A DNA stretch of 63,140 bases, the filler included, from Asterionella formosa (taxonomy: Eukaryota), in NCBI GenBank assembly GCA_002256025.1. It is 14 parts of 14 records of this genome, joined end to end, with 100 filler letters (N's around TTAATTAATTAA, not from the genome) between each part and the next. Parts side by side here need not be neighbours in the genome. Positions count along the whole stretch, not along the records: positions 25,681 to 48,256 come from NKIB01002677.1; 13 more parts are not named here. One strand, given 5' to 3'. This document shows, one piece after another, positions 36,001 through 45,838 of this stretch (positions are counted from its first letter, which is position 1; every line of letters begins with the position of its first letter). Both the position numbers and the translations under genes were made by a program. The notes beneath the pieces were generated by a model that worked only from the letters and a program-made list of their open reading frames with translations, was not told where the DNA came from and made no database searches.

Positions 36001-39000
36001 AAAGATTATTTGAAAGAAGCTCGAGAGCAAGCAACTGATGATACTGATGCCATTCTTCCGAATGTGATCCTTGCATCAATCAATGGCACCATTTTCGAAT
36101 TTTACTCGCATGCTGCTAATTCTGGATTTAATGCCGCTTCTCTGATTTTGTGCGAAAAAGCGATGAAAAGTCTGTTGAGAACCATTTCTGGTGATGATCC
36201 AAAAACTGCATCTGCTGCAGTCTCTTGCCTCACACGGACATTGAATCAACAAATGAATCAGACAAGCCTGAACGGTCAAAAACTTAAATCATCGAAGTTA
36301 GCGGCTTGGAACCTCGAACTTTCGCAGTTAACTGAATGTCGCGACGAAGCCGCTTGGTATTGTGCAGCAGCAGGAGAGCAGTTCCTGGCATGTGGGCTCG
36401 CCAAATTGGCAAAAGAAATCCTTGGGAACACTGACGGGATAATCCAGAGCATCAAGGCAGCAAGCGTCAGTCAATCAGACCTTTCTCTCGTGGAAAAACA
36501 TGCAATTCAGCTTCGTGTTCATTTAGCCTCGCGCCACGCTATTAGATCGCAGAGAATGGTATCTCCTTATTTGCAAGCCCTTAATAATGCTCTCATGAAA
36601 ATGACGGAAGAATTGCTCGATATTGGCGCCTTTATTTCTTGGGTAGCCTCGTCGTTAACATTGGCTATCGTTGAATTGTTAAAGGAATCTGGTGCATTTG
36701 CCATGGCAATGAAGCAACTGAAAAACTGTGTCAAGCTTTGCCGTAATGGGATAAACCAGCTCAAGTCAAATAAATCTTGTATGGACTTCGGTGGCTTATC
36801 GTGGGTGAGAACAATCGTCTCTCCGTCATTCGCTCTCCGATTCGTTGAGCGACAAAAAGAATGTCTCCTTATCGCATCGAAGTTATTTGCATCTCAAGGG
36901 GATTACCGCCAAGCTCAGGCTTACGCATGGGAAGCCTTGAAATTATCAGGATTAAACTTGAAAAGCGAAGGCAATCGTCTGCCGTTGAAAGAGGTGATTG
37001 AGCATAGTGACAAGGCCCAAACGATCATGCAACAGCAATGCTTCACGAACTTGCTTTGCGTCAAGTCACTTGCCTCAGCAGCCCATTGTGTGCATCAAGA
37101 AATCCTTGAACTCTCGTTTGCTCCACAACGCTCCTGCAACACCGAAGCGCCACAAGATGATCTTCGCGAATATGAAGCGGCTCAGGAACGGTGGTATGGA
37201 CGGGTGGCGAGAGGGGACATTCTTTTCGGTTCCCAACCACGGTCAAGGAAATTTGTCGAGGAATATATTTTTGCAATTGAAAACGCTCCGTTGATGTCGC
37301 TACCATTATCAGTTTCCACATGCTTGCCTCAAAATCCCAATGAACCGACACCGCAACCGTCACACTTTGTTACCTTATTGCGCCGAATTCGTGTGATGCT
37401 ACAGGAGCCAGTGGAGCATGACTCAATTAGCACCCTTTGTGATCACATAACAAACTCAGAATTTTCTCCCCCGGAATGTCGGGCATGGGCGTTCTACTAT
37501 AATGGCCTTCTGAAAATAGAGGAAGCAAGATCGTTGGGTAGTCTACATCAACTATGGGAAGGAAACTTGGCAGCGACATCGGAGGTTCGACTGAATCATT
37601 ATTGTTCATCGAATGGCGAGCGAGCGCTTGCCGTATCCAGAAAGTGTTTCTACAAAGCATTAGCGATTTCTGGAGGCTTGGATACGACCCTTCTCACACG
37701 TTGCCTTCTCCGAAGCCTGGCCCTGGTTTCAGGACCTTCTAAAAGAGAACATGAAGATGGAATTACAACAGCGGCCTTAATTCACGGCTCCATTGGTATT
37801 ATGCAACGAAAGAAAGTTCACAGCGCCGTTCACAATGCATATGTCGATGATGTTAATATCACCGATTACAACCGCGCAATAGAAGCTATCTTTAGCTCAC
37901 TGGATGTGGGGTTTGTCGATGAAGCAGAACAACATGCTGCTGCCAAAGAATTATTTGAACATGCAGGGAAAATGCTTCCACCGTCGTGGCGAATAATAGC
38001 AGCGTCAATATGCCCATCTGGAGAGATTCTTCTTTCTAGCGTCAACTCTAACTATCACAACGGCTTTACAATTGATACGGTTTGCATCTTCACTAACAAC
38101 AGACAAGTTAGCGCCGTGCCTGATTGCACTGTTCATGACGACCTCGTCAAACCCCTGGATCAACTCATACATGCCTGCGAAGCCCAGTTGAATGGAATGG
38201 ATGCCGAGAAAGTAAACAATCACTATTGCAACGAGTCCTCAAAACGAGTATGGTGGAAAGAAAGGGATTCCATCGACCATCAGGTTCAACTTTTGGTTGA
38301 AAGTGCCGAGAACAAATACTTCGGCTCAAAACGGGTACGAAAGCTGTTCCTCGGAAAACATGCAGACTGCAATGTGAAATCAATCGAAGTGTCTTGCGGA
38401 AATCTTGCATCAAAGTTCGAGAGCGCTCTTTCAATGAACGCAGGAAAACCAGTCATCACGTCAACAAATGCATCAAGGCGAGTTGATCGTCGTCAAGGCC
38501 TTGAAAATTTGACCATAGCTGAACTGAAGGACGAGCTTTGGTATCAAGGAATTGAAAAGAGTACATATAGCAAACTGCGCAAAGCAGGGTTGGTCGATTT
38601 GCTCTTGGAAACAGCTGGTGACGACGTAAATAATCTCGTAGGCGACGAAAAATCTACCTCTTGTAATGAGGACAACAGCAGTGATTGCCTCATTTTGATT
38701 CTCGACGAAAATCTTCACAGGTTTCCATTCGAGGGATTTTCTTTTTTGAAAGGAAAGGCCATTTCTCGGGTGCCCTCGTTGCCATTTGTTCTGGCTCCGC
38801 TATTGTCGCATAATTCAGGGTTGGTTCATGCATCCGAAGCAAAGTATGTTCTCGATCCCGAAGGAAATCTGACCACGACCGCTGATCGAATTCTTCCCAT
38901 TGTGGAGTCGATCACATTAAAGAAAGGGTGGAAATGGGATGGAATTGTTGGCAGCATGCCTGAAACGAGCTTCATGGAGGATGCCGTGACCCAGAAGCAT

Positions 39001-39468
39001 GGCTTACTTCTATACTGCGGTCATGGAGGAGGTCAAGGTTGCTTGTCAAAGTCCAAAGTGGATAAGATGATTGCTGTGAATGCAGGATCATTTGACAACG
39101 CCACTCTAATTTTGATGGGCTGTAGCTCCGGGAAGCTTGTGTCGGTTAACACGAAGGGAATGGATTATTTTGACCAAGTTCCAATTCACTATGAACCCGA
39201 AGGAATCGCGCTGTCCTATCTTTGCGCTGGATCTCCCTGTGTAGTAGGAAATCTTTGGGATGTGACTGATCGTGATATTGACAAGTATTGCATAACACTA
39301 CTTGAGTCTTTCTTGAGTGGACACGGGGAAAGATCCATGGCCAAGTGTGTAGCCGATGCACGATCTGCATGCAAGATGAAACACTTGGTGGGTCTCGCAC
39401 CGGTGTGCTATGGAATTCCTGTACATCTCGCTCATCCACAGTTGAGGAGGGGAGAGTGTAGAGAATAG
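33055..39468 (+). CDS. ESP1: Separase (peptidase C50), 2137 aa, single ORF
   Basis: C-terminal WWKERDSID, LILDENLHRFPFE, SRVPSL, YVLDPEGNL, catalytic YCGHGGG and LMGCSSG, and VGNLWDVTDRDID. Confidence 0.96.
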   Translation: MPGEATESLGIKPVRTRRRKQITSNKENNPVQSAAPSTRKPKQKDVLVLDYTTIEFAGSSERLNRFQKAAKTTSSHSFWTSALAECVVRSSPTMLVMEGTVLIEDNLSEITNICRKLIKEATEEKSASAILNQMRVAVHGLRAVSSLLSDISKKEAAVKVLYHAVFAVSNSLKEKKGIDCIDATEIGLAAFQAMGRILMTCSVTAGESTAIVFQLKRNSKLNLFPVPMSCKKKARGNLSSEQILKIGIQASLEVCSLLLACSSESISGSCMQRDVHGDFGDFISELLENSHSSPFENCQGIIAEIVTPWISFASTIDSSGDFMAFSKTSLRILWDAASRIEKLSITKNLKRSLQLRKHAILGFLLATENQQSSNKVRSLLSEASVDLACTYAWKSVAAYVQQSSISVPVNGNDCLFDFYYHVGSALDLLQSKSCMSYIEFCAYRCHHIGVSTKPCCTCDSECIFACLPFRFKHDRCYLQVSKSKSKASLGVATLSAIFLVRSLRREIEYLSSGTIHIDELKEYTSTNALISTSNLVVDFFASGLAISDADTRSRCYKLLSQLSLSRLAYQISSVISAEQPSVIEMDVMVSLSNVLSKVIGPLAESLIKDSMNNQPIQKLYWEAAMESFSRSALLLDPIFNRCCSKKVWEEIISSFYNMLLDTSGAPEGGVEKAAKVLYAIGKRHFDKKRPHEALLPMMYATELFASLLLNEDCPTINAEKYKLSHRYHSLAFVFELLNRHTEKISCLLLALVYEAMCAAADLKAPQSANISKTFHFMSKSSNDLVFLGAGVQSPCRKMLPSLIKRLAQAMIASPTRQDISQQLGHEITLDQLRKALVDSSKKGSDITLLGIRSENLATSVFRDAPRSVSSNMFLPMLQQELKILLDIGIQLGNSIRDYKGHHEDHLRTDALTVMVDEFRSILRAAFIISELYFSQASSSIQNLARGMIYIIGAGSLLESGSRCYQSTTLASSALSKELIEGAKDYLKEAREQATDDTDAILPNVILASINGTIFEFYSHAANSGFNAASLILCEKAMKSLLRTISGDDPKTASAAVSCLTRTLNQQMNQTSLNGQKLKSSKLAAWNLELSQLTECRDEAAWYCAAAGEQFLACGLAKLAKEILGNTDGIIQSIKAASVSQSDLSLVEKHAIQLRVHLASRHAIRSQRMVSPYLQALNNALMKMTEELLDIGAFISWVASSLTLAIVELLKESGAFAMAMKQLKNCVKLCRNGINQLKSNKSCMDFGGLSWVRTIVSPSFALRFVERQKECLLIASKLFASQGDYRQAQAYAWEALKLSGLNLKSEGNRLPLKEVIEHSDKAQTIMQQQCFTNLLCVKSLASAAHCVHQEILELSFAPQRSCNTEAPQDDLREYEAAQERWYGRVARGDILFGSQPRSRKFVEEYIFAIENAPLMSLPLSVSTCLPQNPNEPTPQPSHFVTLLRRIRVMLQEPVEHDSISTLCDHITNSEFSPPECRAWAFYYNGLLKIEEARSLGSLHQLWEGNLAATSEVRLNHYCSSNGERALAVSRKCFYKALAISGGLDTTLLTRCLLRSLALVSGPSKREHEDGITTAALIHGSIGIMQRKKVHSAVHNAYVDDVNITDYNRAIEAIFSSLDVGFVDEAEQHAAAKELFEHAGKMLPPSWRIIAASICPSGEILLSSVNSNYHNGFTIDTVCIFTNNRQVSAVPDCTVHDDLVKPLDQLIHACEAQLNGMDAEKVNNHYCNESSKRVWWKERDSIDHQVQLLVESAENKYFGSKRVRKLFLGKHADCNVKSIEVSCGNLASKFESALSMNAGKPVITSTNASRRVDRRQGLENLTIAELKDELWYQGIEKSTYSKLRKAGLVDLLLETAGDDVNNLVGDEKSTSCNEDNSSDCLILILDENLHRFPFEGFSFLKGKAISRVPSLPFVLAPLLSHNSGLVHASEAKYVLDPEGNLTTTADRILPIVESITLKKGWKWDGIVGSMPETSFMEDAVTQKHGLLLYCGHGGGQGCLSKSKVDKMIAVNAGSFDNATLILMGCSSGKLVSVNTKGMDYFDQVPIHYEPEGIALSYLCAGSPCVVGNLWDVTDRDIDKYCITLLESFLSGHGERSMAKCVADARSACKMKHLVGLAPVCYGIPVHLAHPQLRRGECRE

Positions 39469-39523
39469 ATTGTCGGAAATCCTGGATGTCGAACAGTGCA
39501 GGATACAGTCAAAAATTGGTTTC

Positions 39524-40165
39524 TCACTGTCGCTCTAATCGAAGGGACGCTGCAGCGCGAACCTGAGAGCCTTCTTCCATGCCAGGCAAATCCTTAATTA
39601 GTTTCGCAATTCCTTGTGCCTTCATGTAGCTTGCCTTGTCTGAACAAGGCAATACTGTCCCCTCCGGACAAACATTTCCCTTGACTAGCAAGTCGCCCTC
39701 CACTTGATCCCACAAGTCTAGTTTTTGCGGCAGCACATTTTTGGTGTACATGGTGAATTCCAATGGAAACCTAATTTTCGTGACAATAAGTTTTGCCCCA
39801 GCCAAGACTTCGTCAGGGTGATTGTAATCTCGGACAGTCAAAATGAGAGTATCCAAAGGCCCAGGCCGGTCTTGAGAATTTGCCAAATAAACGAGGCCTT
39901 GAACGATAGGTTTCTGTGTGGACGCTTCGGTCGGCAGTAGATTCGTAGGAATAATAATTTGCGGCTTGTCATCCGAGGCAGGGGTAAGTGATTGTCGGAT
40001 ACGTTCTTCCAAATTGGTTGGCAGAGCTTCTGGAGCGATTTTTTGGATTGGCGCAATCGCGAAGGTCAATCCGACTACCACCGATTGGAGGAACGATCCA
40101 GGAGTCCAGCCCTTAACAATTGTCATTAGAGACGTGAGCAAGATAGTGGCGTAGAGCTTTGTCAT
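39524..40165 (-). CDS. Signal-peptide protein, probably plastid-targeted, with a CcmI/CycH-C-terminal- or YbaY-like beta domain
   Basis: Signal peptide followed by KG|W (ASAFAP-like aromatic +1) and a second hydrophobic stretch; VQGLVYL..DTLILTVR..VLAGAKL...RFPLEFTM pattern. The domain call is tentative. Confidence 0.7.
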   Translation of the reverse strand: MTKLYATILLTSLMTIVKGWTPGSFLQSVVVGLTFAIAPIQKIAPEALPTNLEERIRQSLTPASDDKPQIIIPTNLLPTEASTQKPIVQGLVYLANSQDRPGPLDTLILTVRDYNHPDEVLAGAKLIVTKIRFPLEFTMYTKNVLPQKLDLWDQVEGDLLVKGNVCPEGTVLPCSDKASYMKAQGIAKLIKDLPGMEEGSQVRAAASLRLERQ

Positions 40166-42052
40166 GGTTGGGCGGATTCGGAAATTGTAATCATTCGCTG
40201 AGGTTTGTTCTTTCCATTCGTTGTTAGGTTATGATGTTATGCAGCCGTGGTGATCAAATGGATTAAAAATGAGTTGCAATGCCGTAGCAGTACTGATGTA
40301 CATAGTACTCCCAGGTACACGGCGATGGATTTTGACTGTTACGGATGTGGTATGATAGCAAGTATCATAACTAATATACCGGTAAATGCAAATAAATATC
40401 GGTACGGCTGGGTGCAGGAGTACATCGGGAAGCCGCCCGTAGCTTGTAGTATGTTGGAAATTGAGCATCACAAAATATTTGTTTTGCATACATATACGTA
40501 GAGTCGTTTTATTCGATGTTCATTTCCGTATCAGTGAATGTGTATGAATGAATCATGCATGATGACTCTCTTAGCAACACATGCATGCCATTTACGCTCA
40601 GCCACAACCTTGCACTCAATCACCTCTCTCACCATGATGAATACCTTCGTTTGTCATTGTTTGATCCTCACCATATAAGCCTTACTATATTATTAACCAG
40701 TGATGTCTCCTTCCTGATAGAGAACAGTCCTGGCCATTCTTGGTGACAGTTTGTACCATTTGTTCCATGTTCCATGGGATTGTTTGATGCATGTATTTGA
40801 TTTTCAGTTAAGAAGGGAAAAGAATAGGAAAAGGAACAAAACCAATAATAGCAAGACGAACAAATCAAGGCACAGAAGTAAATCCTTGCATATTGGCATA
40901 AATCCAAGCCCTTATCCGAATAGTACAAAGAGACAACAACTTGTCAGAATTTTCAAAGCTTGCCGAGGTGAATGTGTATTCGTTTCAATGAAAGTACAAG
41001 GATAGGAGGAAGATATTTACAACTTTCAACAACAAGATTCGCAAGAAGGATAAGATCCATTGAAATATTCAAAAAGGTTGTGGGAAGAAGTCGAAATCAA
41101 AATTTGAAAGTGGTTTAAGTGAGACAATTGATCATAGTGTCTTGGAAGGGAGGATTAATTGAAATTTTTCGTGTCGACAATAGAATGCCTTTGTCGATCA
41201 AGGATGCATGGACGAAATTTCTGATGCATGTTATGGGAGATACGTCATCTTTGTTGTTGTGTCTTGGAACAGGAATGTGCATCCATTCAAACATATTTTT
41301 TGCACTTGAGTGTTCTGAAGACACGTATATACCACTATACTTCTGTTCATGAACATCTTTGGAGGAAAGAAAAAGAATTTGGTTGAATGTATCTCCTCAG
41401 AGACAATGTATTTTGGTATTCATACTTCCATACATTGATATACTTGTAGCAAAGTACAAGAAGGTCAACTCAGGCATTGTAATGCTCCACCACATATGGT
41501 TTAGAATGGAGTTATATCATTGAACTTAGCTAGTTCTCTCTCCACTTAATACTGTATGCTATTATATTCCCTAGTTTTGAGTTTCATCATACTTCTCATG
41601 GTCCATTCCTCCACCTTAGACCAAATGTCCTGTGCATTTTGGTTAGTAATAGCAAGTCAACAATTGCTAGTGCTTATGATCACACCAATGCAAAAAACGG
41701 CAAATACTCAAAGGAAACAAGTGCCCTTGCAGATATATCCACTCATTCTATTAGTCCAAATGACTACAATGCTCAAACCAGTGATGGATCCACGAGATCA
41801 CAGCAAGGAACAAAGAAAAGCGACGGTCAGTTAAGGCCATTGTCAAGGCAAAACAACAAGTACTTTTGCGTGATAATTTTTTCAGTAGAAGGGTTAGGGT
41901 TATTGTTTGTACTAGGTCTACATGAGCCTACGCGATGTTCTCAAACTTTGCACCCAGACATATGTAATATCAGTATTACAAAGCAATAAGTCATAAAGAA
42001 TTGGAATAATATCAGACATATGTGTCTACCTGTATATAATAATGACAACGAA

Positions 42053-42123
42053 CTGTTACGTCAGATCTGATGAAATCCAAATCAGCAGAATTTACTACAG
42101 TAGTGAAATCTGTTGAATCGACG
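42053..42123 (-). repeat. Inverted partner of 31890-31978
   Basis: Reverse complement aligns to 31890-31978 with one internal gap. Confidence 0.75.
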
Positions 42124-42328
42124 ATATTTATTTAGTTTTCCGGGTTTTTCATTCATATGATTTGAAGCGATAAGTTGCAGTATCTATATACGAGCGCTTG
42201 TTTTTGAATAGGCTCTACAGTCATTGCCGTCTTTTTCTAGTCGCAGATAAAAATTTCAAGGCAATTTGGAGGCAATTGAATTATAGTTAAATGTTTTCTA
42301 TGCTAAGAAAATCACCATTATGACCGCT

Positions 42329-42417
42329 GCAAGTTGTGGTAATTTTGCTGAACTAAAGATTTAGCCATTTTTATCCAAGATTAAAATGTTGATTTAAGCA
42401 AAATGACCTCAAATTGC
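42329..42417. repeat. Small imperfect palindrome (MITE-like), related to 18841-18951
   Basis: GCAAGTTGTGGTAATTTTGCT pairs with AGCAAAATGACCTCAAATTGC. Confidence 0.55.
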
Positions 42418-42618
42418 TGATATAGGGGCGATTCCAATACGCCTATGTATACAGGTGTAGTATTTCAATAATACTTATGAAAATTTAATCAGATAAACCA
42501 TACTAGTGTGAGGCATTATCCAATCATTACTGTATTCACCACAGTTTCCTACACACCGGTTTCACCAGTATTCATGCAACAAAAAATCTTAGTAAAAGTC
42601 TTGTTACCTAATAATTAC

Positions 42619-43055
42619 TTATACTTGCTTATTGAAAATGTTCATACATTTTGCAGAACATTTACAAGACACACTACAACCATGCTTTTCCCCTATAAAA
42701 TATCCATAAGCATTTGTGCATCATTCTTTCATACACTTACATCTTTGTTTAGACTTGCTATCTTGAGGATAACACAAAGCATGAGCTTGCTGCATACTCA
42801 TTTTTCTAAAAATTTCACAAGTGAAAGTTCCATCAAGTATGGCTTGTCTCGTTTCATTCAATACGGTGAAATAAATGCCTCATTTGGATGGACAATGTAT
42901 CTTTCTTGAGAGATAACTTCTAATTTCTCCCTTTTCCAAAAAATATAATGCCATGATCATTACTGCTTGTATTCCTTGTCCAAATGCATTTGTAGATGGG
43001 GCAAAGACAGTGGCAGGAATTCCATGTGGGTTGCTTACATCTCTGTTGTCCATTT
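42619..43055 (-). pseudogene. Degenerate TE-type protein C-terminus with a CXC-like cysteine cluster
   Basis: Minus strand reads KMDNRDVSNPHGIPATVF.. and then RCKCMKE*CTNAYGYFIGEKHGCSVSCKCSAKCMN, with a stop and frameshifts. Confidence 0.5.
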
Positions 43056-43699
43056 TAAGCTAATATCACTTTCTCATCCTGCTGCTATCTAAATAAATCT
43101 AAGTTCTGATAGAGAAAAGAGGTTTTGGGTGAAATAAAAATCAAAGGCAATGAATCATGAGGCTTGCATTGGAAATAAATATACTTACAGCTAATTTAAC
43201 TTAAAGAAAAACATTTTTACCAGATTTGAGTGCTCTCATGCTCATATCATTTCAGCTGAATTAAAAATTCAGCTTAAATGACATAATAGAAACCCCCCCC
43301 CCCATGAACCTTTTATTTAGATGTACTGGGAGTATATAGTATTTAGTAGTAGAGTACCAATACTCTACTAGAAGGAGACATCTGATTCACAAGTATCACT
43401 CTATTAGGTATACTGTCCAGCATAGTAGGCTGGTAATAAATTACTGTAGTAATACTGCGGGATTTATTTTGAGAAAGACATTATGCTGACATACCGTATT
43501 CGATTGCCAAGCAGTTAAGTTTTTCAATATTGAAATGACATTTTTACCGGTATACTGATACTGACACCAAAACTGTATTTTCACTATGGAAAAATTTCCG
43601 ACCCAACAATGTCGTGGGCAATGATAGCAACAACTTAATTGCTTTGGTTCTAGCTCTCATGCTAATCTACTTGATCATTGTCCATCTTGAATGTAATAG

Positions 43700-45064
43700 T
43701 CCTACTCATTGCTTTACAGACAACAAGCTTATTCCAGTAATGTCTATTCATTTTTAGAAATAAGATTGCTTCAAACACAGCAGGTGATGTTGACTTCCTC
43801 ACACAAGTTAGAATGTGCTTGGCAATGGAAAAGAGCCTTTAACAACCAACATAAGTGTCAATGAGGAGGTTGATGGACTGGACAGCACACTTGCGATGTA
43901 TATTCCTCTTCTGAATCAAATCTGCATAGTTTTGTTGTTGTTCTGAAGAAAACTCAGCACCATCTGAATTTTTATTACATTCTTCTGAGGAGTCATTGCT
44001 CATAGCATCATCAGGTACAGTATGTGCCTTACTAAGTTTAGCAACTGTATTTCTCTCTTCAGCATTCAGCTTCTCACCTTTCATTACCTTCATCACAGCA
44101 AACTCAAACACTTTCTCATGCACAATTTGTGCATTATTGGCAACATGCTTTTTGAAATCAGGATAGTCTTCAGCACATGATTAAATATTTCATGTAACTT
44201 GCAGGTATATGACTCCTCTGTGTCTGGAGTGCTACTTTGACTTGATTGAGCTTTTTCATGTGCCGAAATTTCGATTGCAACTCCCTCACTTCCACACAAG
44301 ATAGCATAAGAGATGCTAGAACATCAACCCTTGCAAGTTGTACCTTAATCTCAACGAAAAATTTATGATGGTATCATACTGAGATGGCCATTGTGTTACA
44401 AATTCTGTGATGGTCACTAGAGGAGTATTTCGTCTGATTAGCAGAGTTTGTGAGAGTTCCTGCCTCGATCATCAAAATGCTTGGATTAATAATTATTCGA
44501 AGGAGTTTGGGCTTCTCCATCACCCAATTCTTGATTGCTAGGTTAAACTTGTGAGATCCACACCCCGCGCGCCAACAAAGGAAATCCAAGAATTCTTGCC
44601 ATGCTTTGATTCACTGGCAGTTCTCCAGCAAAGCAAACAATGTTGTTTACTGCCTTCCCATAGATAAATAAGATTCTTGGTGATATATGACATGGTCTGC
44701 TGCAGTCATGGTCTTAACACCTTCAACAAGTAGAGGCTGCATCGAATCAATAGCTAAGTTGCTGTTTTGAAGAAAGAATTTTGAATTCACATGGATGTTC
44801 CATAACGAGCCAATAATTGGAGGAACTATCTCAACAAAATGTTCACCAGTCAAACAACCATAAACAATAACGACTTCACTTGGTACTCCTCCTTTCACAA
44901 TGGCAACTCTGATATTCAAGTATCGAGCTCCACCGTTGAGCTGACCCACTCAATTCATATTTTTTGTCCTGCCTTTCAACTGCAGAAATAGGTTTATCCT
45001 TTGGAATAGGAGGCAGAGTTATGAGATCCAGGAGTTTTGCATCAGGTTGCTCGAACCTTGGCAA
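43700..45064 (-). mobile_element. hAT-superfamily transposase pseudogene
   Basis: CGSHKFNLA (CxxH), SVTQWPS (TRWxS-like), and the hAT C-terminal dimerisation motif C*RLFSIAKHILTCVRKSTSPAVFEAILFLKMNRHYW at about 43735-43845. Multiple stops and frameshifts. Confidence 0.82.
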
Positions 45065-45838
45065 GTTCTGTCATCCACCAGTCTGCATTTGATAATTCAA
45101 ACTCAAAGTTGGGAACATTGGGAACAAGGCAACCAAACTGACAACAGTTCAACGCCAAGGCAAAGCACGGTCAATCTGAAGCTTTGTTGGTAGATAGTCT
45201 TTTGATGCAAGTCATATACAATGAACAACCAAGGAAAAGTATGATTGTTGAAATTGTGTCCTGAAGCCTTCTATTGCTTTCGTGTAACCCTCAAGGATCA
45301 ATCAGGGACCAAATAGGCTGTAGATATGAATAACAATGTGACAGAGATCGATATAATTGTTCCTAAACAATTTAATTGAATTATGAGTTTTGCTGTGGTG
45401 CTGATTGTTTTCAAATTCTGATCTTGGTATTCTATTTGATTCCTTTGATTCCATGTTTATGTATTATATACTAGGTAATTTTATGCCGGGATGATTCCTA
45501 AAATAATTTCTCCAACAATGATCACTACATGCAATATACATGGTAGACTGTAGTATTGATGATGTATTTATAAAATATGTATATACATATATTATATATA
45601 ATAGTCTATCGGGTTGTTTTTAGCTAGTTTTATAGAGTGCTAAGCAATATACATGTTTCTGTACTTTTACTATTATACATGTGTATAATCTAAATAACAA
45701 ATATCCATGCAATGCATTGTCAATGCATCACCTGAAGTTCTCTTGTCAGGGCTAACAGCAGCGTCCCTGATGTCATGCACAGTCAAATATTCAGTTCAAT
45801 AAGGTGAAATACTTATATAGACCCATGGAAATGCCCAT

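Noticed and set aside
40555..41989. Short ORFs between the separase block and the TE remnants
   Set aside because: Fragmented by stops with no recognisable motif; likely decayed repeat DNA.
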